Source: an uncultured bacterium
Lineage (GTDB): Bacteria > Patescibacteriota > Minisyncoccia > Phycocordibacterales > GWA1-40-21
NCBI GenBank assembly: GCA_903832855.1
Contig: CAILDB010000014.1
Coordinates: 64,144 to 128,143, forward strand
Length of the DNA: 64,000 nt
Reading direction: 5' to 3'
Of this stretch, positions 56,008-64,000 are shown piece by piece (positions within the stretch are counted from its first letter, which is position 1; every line of letters begins with the position of its first letter). The notes below the pieces were generated by a model. The model was not told the DNA's origin, did not search any database, and saw nothing but the letters and a program-made list of their open reading frames with translations. The translations under genes were made by a program, and so were the position numbers.

Positions 56008-56211
56008 ATGAATAAACAATGTTTTTTCTCACAAAATAATATAAAGCATGTGGACTACAAAGATATAGAATTGTTGAAGAAATTTGTTAATCCTCACGCC
56101 AGAATGAATGGCAAGAAAAAAACTTCCGTCTGTGCCAGAAGCCAAAGACAGCTTTCTGAAGCTATTAAGAGAGCAAGATACATGGCACTGATGCCTTTCG
56201 TTACTAGATAA
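56008..56211 (+). CDS. rpsR: 30S ribosomal protein S18
   Basis: IDYKDIELLKKFV...GKKKTSVCARSQRQLSEAIKRARYMALMP. Confidence 0.85.
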   Translation: MNKQCFFSQNNIKHVDYKDIELLKKFVNPHARMNGKKKTSVCARSQRQLSEAIKRARYMALMPFVTR

Positions 56212-56221
56212 TATTAAATTA

Positions 56222-56258
56222 AAACTGCCCCGCAAATCAGATTTGCGGGGCAGTTTTA
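56222..56258 (+). terminator. Intrinsic terminator after rpsR
   Basis: aaaactgccccgcaaatcagatttgcggggcagtttt. Confidence 0.7.
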
Positions 56259-56304
56259 ATTGTGATAAAATACTACTACATTTATCAATTTAATTAAAAT
56301 AAAA

Positions 56305-57345
56305 ATGGCGAAAAAATTTGGAAAGGATGTGAAGGAAAAAGAAGTAAAAGCGACTCCAGCAGAATCAAAAGATAGTAAAATAGAAGATACTTTAAATGCA
56401 ATCAAAGCAAAATTTGGTGACGAATCCATAATGATGCTTGGCGAGAAGCCACATGTGGATGTAAACGCCATTTCCACTGGTTCTATCGGGCTTGATGCTG
56501 CACTTGGTGTGGGCGGACTTCCTCGTGGTAGAATAATTGAAATTTTTGGCCCAGAATCATCAGGTAAGACGACTTTGGCTCTTCATGTAGTTGCTGAAGC
56601 ACAGAAGCTCGGTGGAATTTGCGCTTACATAGATGCTGAACATGCGATGGATCCTGAATATGCTAAAAAGCTCGGCGTAAAAGTAGATCAACTTTTAATC
56701 TCTCAGCCAGATACAGGCGAGCAAGGTTTGGAAATTACTGATAGTTTGGTGCGTTCAGGAAAAATGGATGTGATTGTCATTGACTCTGTCGCAGCTCTTA
56801 CTCCAAAAGATGAAATAGAAGGCGATATGGGTGCGTATCATGTGGGTAAACAAGCTCGCCTTATGTCTCAAGCCCTCAGAAAGCTCACCGCAATTGTTGC
56901 AAAATCAAAAACAATTGTTATTTTTATAAACCAAATCAGAATGCAAATCGGTGTGATGTTTGGAAATCCAGAGACAACTCCGGGCGGAAAGGCACTCAAG
57001 TTTTACACATCAGTTCGTCTAGATATTCGTAGAATTGCACAAATTAAAAAAGGTGAAGAGATAATGGGAGGACGCGTGAGAGTAAAAGTTGTCAAAAATA
57101 AAGTTGCTGCACCTTTCAAACAAACAGAATTTGATTTGATGTATAACGAGGGAATTTCAAGGGAAGGCGAGCTCATTGCTCTTGGAGAAACACACGGAAT
57201 TCTAAAAAAATCCGGAAATTCTTATGAATATGGTGAAGTGAAACTTGGTCGCGGATACGACGCTACCCGCCAATTCTTACGCGAAAATCCAAAAATTTCA
57301 GGTGAAATTTTGAAAGAGATTAAGGCGAAGTTGAAGGAGATTTAA
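56305..57345 (+). CDS. recA: Recombinase RecA
   Basis: [38 protein letters not shown] (Walker A); L2 loop. Confidence 0.95.
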   Translation: MAKKFGKDVKEKEVKATPAESKDSKIEDTLNAIKAKFGDESIMMLGEKPHVDVNAISTGSIGLDAALGVGGLPRGRIIEIFGPESSGKTTLALHVVAEAQKLGGICAYIDAEHAMDPEYAKKLGVKVDQLLISQPDTGEQGLEITDSLVRSGKMDVIVIDSVAALTPKDEIEGDMGAYHVGKQARLMSQALRKLTAIVAKSKTIVIFINQIRMQIGVMFGNPETTPGGKALKFYTSVRLDIRRIAQIKKGEEIMGGRVRVKVVKNKVAAPFKQTEFDLMYNEGISREGELIALGETHGILKKSGNSYEYGEVKLGRGYDATRQFLRENPKISGEILKEIKAKLKEI

Positions 57346-57565
57346 AAAAAGAAAAAAGAAACGAGCCGGTGTTGTCATATTTTTGCGTCCGCAGGCGAGC
57401 TTGCAAGGCGCGATGTGGTGTAATTTTGTCGAAAGTATTCTTGAGACAAAACTATACCACAGCGCAAGCCGCCGAGGATTAGGAAATTTTCCGGCTGGGG
57501 AAAATTTCTGCACAAAAATATGACAATACTGGCGAGTTTTTTCTTTTTTTAAATCTCTTATCAGT

Positions 57566-58132
57566 TTAAACTCTACTCGTATATTCTCCTGTCAAGGTAT
57601 TGACACTGACCACATCTCCTTCATTTACAAATAGCGGAGCGTTTATAATAGCCCCAGTCTCAAGAGTAATTTGCTTTGTTCCGCCTGTCGCGGTATCTCC
57701 TTTGACTGCAGGAGGGGCCTCGGTAACTTTGAGTTCCACTTTTACTGGCAGCTTCGTACCGATTATTTTTTCTTCAAAAATTACGAGTTCAATCATTGAG
57801 TTTGCTTTCATAAATCTGGCTTGGTCGCCGATGAGTGTCTCCTCAAGTTTGAATCTTTTGCTTGGGTCATTTGGTTCACAAAACCAAAATTCTCCTCTAC
57901 TTTTATACAAAAATTTTGCTTCTTTGGTTTCAATATCTGCTTCTTTTATTTTTTCTGATTGATGAAAAGAAACCTCGGTGATTTTGCCTGTAATTAGATT
58001 TCGCAATTTCGTAGCATTCACCGGCTTTCTCATTTGTTTTCTAAAAACATGCGAAGAAATAACCTCATATGGCTGTCCATCCACAATAATGCATTTTCTC
58101 TCCGTTGCTTCGCTATATTCTAATATTCCCAT
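57566..58132 (-). CDS. efp: Elongation factor P
   Basis: Three-domain EF-P pattern; KPGKG-like region around KGDTATGGTK. Confidence 0.8.
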   Translation of the reverse strand: MGILEYSEATERKCIIVDGQPYEVISSHVFRKQMRKPVNATKLRNLITGKITEVSFHQSEKIKEADIETKEAKFLYKSRGEFWFCEPNDPSKRFKLEETLIGDQARFMKANSMIELVIFEEKIIGTKLPVKVELKVTEAPPAVKGDTATGGTKQITLETGAIINAPLFVNEGDVVSVNTLTGEYTSRV

Positions 58133-58188
58133 AGTGGACTGATTCTATACAAAAATTCCTCATTTGTCTATCGCTCCACTTAGCCGAC

Positions 58189-58400
58189 AAGAAGGAAACT
58201 CCTCTTTTTACGGTTAGCGAAGCAGTATTAGAAAATAAGAAGTTTTTTAGAAAAACGAGACTGTTTGACGAGTCCGCGAGGAGTTTCGAGTTTTTCGCCC
58301 GCTAAGACACACTTTCCCAAGTGTGCGAGCGGGAAAAGAAAAACTACTATATTTTCTATACCGCGTAGCGCTTGAAGTAAAAAGAGGAGTTTCCTTCTTG
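58189..58400. mobile_element. 212-nt element bounded by perfect 24-bp terminal inverted repeats (MITE-like or large structured RNA)
   Basis: caagaaggaaactcctctttttac at 58189-58212 and its exact reverse complement at 58377-58400; 164-nt internal region with additional hairpins. Confidence 0.5.
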
Positions 58401-58409
58401 CCGGCGTCC

Positions 58410-58775
58410 TTATTTATAAATCACCTCAACCTTTTTTTCTGTGCTTCGGCCAAATTTATCTTGAGCTTTTACGGATAGGACATTGTAGCCGTAAGAGAGA
58501 AGAAGTTGCTCGTTAAAATTTCCTTTTTCGTCCACGAATATTTTTTTATCATTCAAACTAATATCTGTGATATTTTTTGCGACACCGGATACAGACATAA
58601 GAGATTCAGAAACAGTTGCGCCGTTTAAAGGATAGGCGAGTGCAATTTCCGGTCCGGTTACAATCCTCTGTGCTTCATAGAGACCATATCCGATTACAAA
58701 CAAGGCAAAAAAAGAAATAATTCCTATTTTTAAATATTTTCTATTTTTTTCTCTGTCTGTTTTTATTTGGACCAT
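58410..58775 (-). CDS. Membrane-anchored small protein, hypothetical
   Basis: N-terminal TM IGIISFFALFVIGYGLY, then beta-rich domain. Confidence 0.4.
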   Translation of the reverse strand: MVQIKTDREKNRKYLKIGIISFFALFVIGYGLYEAQRIVTGPEIALAYPLNGATVSESLMSVSGVAKNITDISLNDKKIFVDEKGNFNEQLLLSYGYNVLSVKAQDKFGRSTEKKVEVIYK

Positions 58776-58777
58776 TT

Positions 58778-61066
58778 TTATAGATTATCTATTTTTTCTT
58801 CTTCGATTTGCTCGGCACTACCGCCACCTTCGACGGTTTCTTCAAAATCGGTTTCTGAATTACCATCTGTCGCACCTATTACTTCTCTCGCTCTTGAACC
58901 ATCTGCTGGGCCTATCACACCTCTGTCCTCGAGCATATCCATCAGTCGCGCGGCTCTGGCATATCCTACGCGGAGTTTCCTTTGTATGTATGAAGTGGAT
59001 GCTTTCCCCGCACCTTTTACGATTTCTTTTGCTTCTTCATAAAGTGCGTCATCATCACCTCCATCACCCTCATTTTCAAATGTTGCATCAAAAATATTAT
59101 TTCTGTCTGTTGCAGTCTCGGTAAGAGAAATAATTTCCGGAAGCTCATCCTGATAAGAAGTAGCCAAATATTTTGATACAGCTTTTACTTCGCTCTCAGT
59201 AATGTATGCGGACTGAATTCTCACAGGTTTGGACATTTCTCCACCAATGTAAAGCATATCTCCAGCGCCAAGGAGTTTTTCTGCACCCATTGTATCAAGA
59301 ATAGTTCGAGAATCAATTTGAGAAACAACTTGAAGGGCAATTCTTGCAGGAATGTTGGCTTTGATAAGCCCCGTGATAACATTTACTGAAGGCCTTTGTG
59401 TGGAAAGTATTAAATGAATTCCCACGGCTCTGCTCATCTGTGCGAGGCGAACAATTCCGCTTTCTAGTTCGCGAGGGTATGCCATCATAATATCTGCGAG
59501 TTCGTCTACAACAATTACGATAAACGGCATCAATTCCGGGATTTTATTTATTTCCGGATCATATCGTCTTTGTTTTTTGAGTTCCTCAATCTTTTTTAAT
59601 TCCGGTTCAAGGATATTTTTGTGATATGAATCGATGTCTTTGACGGCATGTGTTTCCAAAATATCATATCTTCGATCCATTTCTTTGGTACACCATTTGA
59701 GTGCGAGAATAGTTTTCTTTGCGTCTGTGATAACTGGAGTGAGAAGGTGGGGAATTTTGTTGTAAAGTGTAAGCTCAACTCTTTTCGGATCTATCATTAT
59801 GAATTTCAGGCTCAAAGGAGAATTTTTGTAGAGCAGGGAAGTAATAATAGTATGAATGGTGACAGACTTTCCAGAACCAGTAGCACCAGCGATAAGCATG
59901 TGGGGCATTTTTGCTATGTTTGCAAATTGTAATTTTCCGGAAATTCCTTTACCAAGCGAAACGAGAAGTGGTTTATCTGAATTTTGAAATTCCTCCGAGC
60001 CAACGAGAGAACCAAGTCCTACGATTGATTTAATAGTGTTTGGAATTTCAATACCTACGAGAGACTTACCTGGAATCGGGGCTTCTATACGGAGCGGGTG
60101 AGCTGCGAGTGCAAGTGAAAGATCGTTTTGAAGGCCGAGAATACTTGCAACCTTTACACCTTCTGCAGGCTTTAAAGCATATCTGGTAACGGATGGTCCG
60201 ACAGAAACTTCATCCATTTCCACATCAATACCAAAGTTTTGCAAAGTTCTTTTGATAATATTTGCATTTGCTTTGATGTCACCTACACCCGGCTTACCTT
60301 TGTCATTTGAAAGCAGAGAAATAGGTGGGGGAGTGTAAGTACCTATTGAAGATTGTTTGTCTGAGAATTTGAGTTCTTCGTATTCATCTGGCTTTTTGAT
60401 ACTTATATCTTTTTGGACTCTTTTTGAGGATATTCCACTATCACCCTCAGCTTTCTTTTCATCTTTGTTTATTTTTTCTTCAATCTTCTCAATGTCAGAA
60501 TCATCGTCTTCTTCCTCTTCTTCGTCTTCCTTTTTTTTGCTCCAGCGTCTCCAGAAGAATATCGTATCAACAGTGAATTTTGTTTCAAAAAGTATGAGGA
60601 CAGAAATTATTAAAATGGCGATGAGTATGATGATGGTGGCAGGGAAGCCAAAAAGTTTGAGAAGTGGAATAGAAATAAACTTTCCCAAAAGTCCGCCCTT
60701 TGCAATTTCAAAATATGTTCTGGAGACTGAATCTATGATACCAAGAGAGGAAACAAAAAAAAGTATACCACCAAAAACTTTTAGCTTATTTAAAATTCTT
60801 TCTTCTGCTTTCAAAAAAGAAATACTCAATAGTAAAAATAAAAGAGGGATGAGAAAGTATCCTACGCCAAATAAAAAGTATAAACTTGTGTAAGTTTTTT
60901 CACCCACGATGCCGGCTTTTTCAAGCGGGGCCAAAGAAAAAAGTATTGCAAGGACAAAAAATAATATTGCAAAAATGCCTTGCTTAGTTGTACTTTTCAT
61001 CCCTGAGAGAACTCCTTCTTTGCTTTCTTTTTTAGAATTCTTTTTTGATGATTTAAAATCTTTCAT
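58778..61066 (-). CDS. ftsK: DNA translocase FtsK/SpoIIIE
   Basis: N-terminal TM domain, acidic linker, motor domain with Walker A IAGATGSGKS, gamma domain SYIQRKLRVGYARAARLMDMLEDRGVIG. Confidence 0.9.
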   Translation of the reverse strand: MKDFKSSKKNSKKESKEGVLSGMKSTTKQGIFAILFFVLAILFSLAPLEKAGIVGEKTYTSLYFLFGVGYFLIPLLFLLLSISFLKAEERILNKLKVFGGILFFVSSLGIIDSVSRTYFEIAKGGLLGKFISIPLLKLFGFPATIIILIAILIISVLILFETKFTVDTIFFWRRWSKKKEDEEEEEDDDSDIEKIEEKINKDEKKAEGDSGISSKRVQKDISIKKPDEYEELKFSDKQSSIGTYTPPPISLLSNDKGKPGVGDIKANANIIKRTLQNFGIDVEMDEVSVGPSVTRYALKPAEGVKVASILGLQNDLSLALAAHPLRIEAPIPGKSLVGIEIPNTIKSIVGLGSLVGSEEFQNSDKPLLVSLGKGISGKLQFANIAKMPHMLIAGATGSGKSVTIHTIITSLLYKNSPLSLKFIMIDPKRVELTLYNKIPHLLTPVITDAKKTILALKWCTKEMDRRYDILETHAVKDIDSYHKNILEPELKKIEELKKQRRYDPEINKIPELMPFIVIVVDELADIMMAYPRELESGIVRLAQMSRAVGIHLILSTQRPSVNVITGLIKANIPARIALQVVSQIDSRTILDTMGAEKLLGAGDMLYIGGEMSKPVRIQSAYITESEVKAVSKYLATSYQDELPEIISLTETATDRNNIFDATFENEGDGGDDDALYEEAKEIVKGAGKASTSYIQRKLRVGYARAARLMDMLEDRGVIGPADGSRAREVIGATDGNSETDFEETVEGGGSAEQIEEEKIDNL

Positions 61067-61186
61067 AGCACTATTATATCACCCTGTAGTAGAATTTGCC
61101 ATCAAAAATTTTAAGAAAATTTTTAAAAAATAATGGCAAATTTCACTACGGGGTATCAAATTTTTATAATATAAAAAAGTTTAAAA

Positions 61187-61357
61187 GCAAGAGCCGAAAA
61201 TTAAAATTTCACGGGGTCCTGTCGACCTATTCCTTTTGAAATACGCACATAAAATCCTGCTGGATTTTTGTTATGCTCGGCCCAGTCGGCCTGCGCAATG
61301 TATTTCAAAAGGAACAGGATCGCCACCCCTAGCAAAATTTTAATTTTCGGCTCTTGC
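61187..61357 (-). repeat. Structured hairpin element, copy 2 (inverted relative to the 13340 copy)
   Basis: Perfect 23-bp outer stem gcaagagccgaaaattaaaattt/aaattttaattttcggctcttgc; conserved inner arms identical to copy 1 (ttcaaaaggaataggtcgacaggaccccgtgaaattt); different loop with its own hairpin. Confidence 0.6.
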
Positions 61358-61523
61358 TTTTTGCTTATAAATGTTTCCGATTGTTATTGCAGTGCTTTAC
61401 AACTTTACTGTCCGATATATAATGGACACAAAAGTTCTTCGTCCTTGATAAATTTGTATAAGACAAAATAAAAGACAGGATTCTATCTCAAGGACTCTCA
61501 GTAAAAGACATAACACTATAAAT

Positions 61524-62294
61524 ATGGACGAAAAAACAAATGTTTCAAAATTTGGTCAAATAAAAACAGCAGAAAACAGCCATACGGCTCATAGTATTCA
61601 GCATATCGTCTTTCATGGCGATAATATCGGTTTTTTCATATTTAAAAAGACAGAAAGGATTGTTTCTGCCCTATATATTATTAGTAGTTTTTTGTCTGAT
61701 ACAGCGCCGGCTAGAATTTCTATTAGAGACATCGCTAATAATCTTTTGAGGGATACTCTGGAACTGTCCAATAGGCATTTAAACGAAGACAAAAAACTAA
61801 TCATTGTTATAAAGGGGTTTGCAAATATCTCCATACTTATTAACGCAATTTCTGATGTTGGTGAAATGTCAAAAATGAATGCAGAAATCCTTCTGGAAGA
61901 GATAGAAAAGATAACAGAGATTTTGTTAAAGACATGGTCAAATAAGAACCTAGGCAGTAAGCTTTTTGACTCCTCTTTTTTTGAAATTAATACCGAAGAG
62001 GGCGCTGGTTATAATCAAAAGGACATAAAGGACAGCATAAAAGACAATGTCCTTTATAAAAATACATCTATAAAATCATCTGGACAAACCGGTTCTATAA
62101 AAGACAAAAATAGTAGACAGGATATGATAATATCAATGCTTAAAAAGGATAAAGTTCTAACTATCAAGGACTTTTCAAAAAATATAAAGGGCTGTAGCGA
62201 AAAGACAATTCAAAGGGAGCTTATAAATCTTATGTCAAAAGGTGTCTTAAAGAAAGAAGGGGAAAGGAGGTGGAGTAAGTATTCATTGGTATAA
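61524..62294 (+). CDS. Hypothetical protein with C-terminal winged-HTH-like segment
   Basis: ORF; C-terminal TIKDFSKNIKGCSEKTIQRELINLMSKGVLKK. Confidence 0.35.
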   Translation: MDEKTNVSKFGQIKTAENSHTAHSIQHIVFHGDNIGFFIFKKTERIVSALYIISSFLSDTAPARISIRDIANNLLRDTLELSNRHLNEDKKLIIVIKGFANISILINAISDVGEMSKMNAEILLEEIEKITEILLKTWSNKNLGSKLFDSSFFEINTEEGAGYNQKDIKDSIKDNVLYKNTSIKSSGQTGSIKDKNSRQDMIISMLKKDKVLTIKDFSKNIKGCSEKTIQRELINLMSKGVLKKEGERRWSKYSLV

Positions 62295-62300
62295 GGTCTG

Positions 62301-62400
62301 AATCCCAGCAGAAAGTCCTTTTGAACTGCACGGATATTTTTTTGCTAAAAAATTCCTCGTGCTCGCGCCGTCGCGCTCCCAAGTCAGTTCAAAAGGACTT
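62301..62400. repeat. Perfect 28-bp inverted repeat hairpin with 44-nt loop (core tccttttgaactg / cagttcaaaagga), related to the 13340 and 61187 elements
   Basis: aatcccagcagaaagtccttttgaactg ... cagttcaaaaggactttctgctgggatt. Confidence 0.6.
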
Positions 62401-63048
62401 TCTGCTGGGATTTCCCCTTATTCTATTTAACACTTGTTTTCTCCCTTCATATATGCAATAATACCCCTACCTAATGGAAAACAAAGAAAAGGCCTTTTTG
62501 GCCTCTTTAAAGTTATCCACAGGTTGCCATTTTGCTTGTTTATTTGCAAAAGGGTATAATGTACTTTAAGGATAAATTTGTGTCGCCTTTTGTGGCATAT
62601 CTGTGTCCTTAATTTCTGAATTACTTGCAGATTGAGCCCCGCTCAAGGCTCGGTTGTCAGCAAGGTCGAGAACTTTGACAATCAAATATTCTGGACGAAA
62701 GAAAGTCAGTTTAATTTTAGTCAACTAATTTTTTCTACTCGTGTCGAGCTTCATTTTTTAATGGAGAAATATGAGAAGAAAAAAATAGTATTCAAGATAC
62801 ATTATTTTCGTCGGTAGTGTGTCGGCTTTGAATGCAGAAGAAATTTTATTTAATTAATTGTTTCGTTTGTGTTTAAAGTTCGGAGACGAAATCATTTGCC
62901 AAAACATTTAGTTTTTAGTCGAAACTTTTTGTTTTATTTGCGGAGATTATTTCAAAACAAATCGTGCAAATGAAAAACCATAATCCCCTCCACATTATTA
63001 TTTTTTATTAGTTAGGGAGATCAGGATTATAAATTAGAATTATAAATC

Positions 63049-63999
63049 ATGGATAAAAGATTAACGAAATCTTTGATATCAGCTGTTGTCGGAATGACAA
63101 TGGTTCTATCATTGGTTGTCGGAGTAGGAAGCGCTTCAGCTTTGACAGCAAGTGAATTATTGAACTTGCTTATTGCTGCTGGCGTGATTGCTCCAGACAA
63201 AGTTGCTGCTGCTACAGCTGCGATGTCCGCAACTACAGTTACAGTAACTTCAGGTTACAATTACACACGAGATTTAACAATGGGTTCAACAGGCGCTGAT
63301 GTTACAGCTCTTCAGAACTATTTGATCTCAGGTGGATACATGGCTTCAGGATATCCTTTCGGATATTTTGGTGCTGTCACCAAAACTGCTCTTGGTAAAT
63401 TCCAATTAGCAAACGGTATTAGTCCTACAGCTGGATATTTTGGCGCTATTACAAGAGCCAAGATCGCCGCTTTGGGTACATCATCAACCACAACCACAAC
63501 AACAACTACAACAACATCAGGTACAGATTTAGCGGTCAGATTGGCTGCTTCATCACCTATGGCCAGTGCAATTGTTGTCGGTCAGGCAGCTGCTGATCTT
63601 GCTGAATTCACATTCACCAACAACACAGCTACTCCAGCCATCGTTACAAATGTATCACTTGCAAGATTGGGTGTATCATCAGATACAACACTTTCAAATG
63701 TTTACCTTTACAACGGTGCAATGAGATTGACAGATGCCGCTTCGGTCTCATCTGGTAAAATCACATTCAATGCCGGAACAGGATTGTTTACAGTTCCAGC
63801 AGGGAGCTCAATAACAATCGCAGTTAAAGCCGACATTGCTGCAAGCACATCAGGACAACAGGTTGCCGTGGCACTTACAGGAGTTACATCAAATGTTACT
63901 CTTAATGCGTCACTTCCAATCTCCGGTGCTTCAATGAATATTTTTGCTGCATCAGACATCGCTGGTGTTACAATCGGTTCAGTAGTTACTCCAGCCACA
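63049..63999 (+). CDS. Secreted protein with peptidoglycan-binding (PG_binding_1-like) domain and poly-Thr linker; partial, runs off the window
   Basis: Signal peptide MDKRLTKSLISAVVGMTMVLSLVVGVGSASA; DLTMGSTGADVTALQNYL...GYFGAVTKTAL; TTTTTTTTTT linker; no stop before the window end. Confidence 0.55.
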   Translation, partial: MDKRLTKSLISAVVGMTMVLSLVVGVGSASALTASELLNLLIAAGVIAPDKVAAATAAMSATTVTVTSGYNYTRDLTMGSTGADVTALQNYLISGGYMASGYPFGYFGAVTKTALGKFQLANGISPTAGYFGAITRAKIAALGTSSTTTTTTTTTTSGTDLAVRLAASSPMASAIVVGQAAADLAEFTFTNNTATPAIVTNVSLARLGVSSDTTLSNVYLYNGAMRLTDAASVSSGKITFNAGTGLFTVPAGSSITIAVKADIAASTSGQQVAVALTGVTSNVTLNASLPISGASMNIFAASDIAGVTIGSVVTPAT

Positions 64000-64000
64000 G

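Noticed and set aside
63708-63998. Minus-strand 96-aa ORF at window end
   Set aside because: Antisense reading of the Ala/Thr-rich PG-binding protein gene.
1-64000. CRISPR array or cas genes
   Set aside because: No regularly spaced direct repeats of 25-40 nt with unique spacers. The dispersed palindromic repeats are irregularly spaced and mostly inside genes.

Overview
This 64-kb window is AT-rich with small genes and no rRNA, tRNA or CRISPR array. Its gene content looks like a Candidate Phyla Radiation / Patescibacteria (Parcubacteria-like) genome.

The core genes are almost all on the + strand. They comprise: a type IV pilus block (pilC plus three prepilin-type pseudopilins); metG; tatD; secE-nusG-rplK (with no rplA following rplK); a dNTP-metabolism cluster (ndk, dut, dCMP deaminase, tmk, and folA and thyA on the minus strand); glyA; argS; ileS; recO; glyQS; an M16 peptidase; rpsF-ssb-rpsR; recA; efp; and ftsK.

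An accessory/defence island spans roughly 27.4-43.3 kb. It carries an AbiEi/AbiEii pair; a gamma-class N6-adenine methyltransferase followed by an HExxH protein and a DUF262+HNH (GmrSD/SspE-like) nuclease; a coiled-coil membrane protein paired with a trypsin-like protease; an HTH-GHKL-DUF4325 regulator; DinB; a SWIB protein; Cys-rich mini-proteins; and two cytoplasmic DUF1566 paralogs.

Several large secreted proteins are present: a beta-helix protein, a beta-helix protein fused to an LCAT-like lipase, and a protein with Listeria-Bacteroides repeats plus DUF1566.

The most unusual signals are:
- Two co-occurring families of short palindromic repeats (a GTCATTCC..GGAATCC hairpin of about 27 nt, and a GTCTTTGCGAG..CTCGCAAAGACAG element of about 75 nt). 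They occur in intergenic DNA and also in-frame inside tatD, argS, a HI0933-family flavoprotein and the tail of a 1181-aa surface protein, resembling Rickettsia RPEs.
- A histidine-phosphatase (PGAM-like) domain inserted in-frame inside IleRS.
- A (CT)7 tract that separates a surface-protein gene from its signal-peptide start codon, a candidate phase-variation switch.
- A strongly promoted, terminated, GC-rich region of about 340 nt upstream of ileS, which may be a structured RNA.
- A family of long intergenic hairpins whose stems show compensatory changes between copies.
- A 212-nt element bounded by perfect 24-bp inverted repeats.
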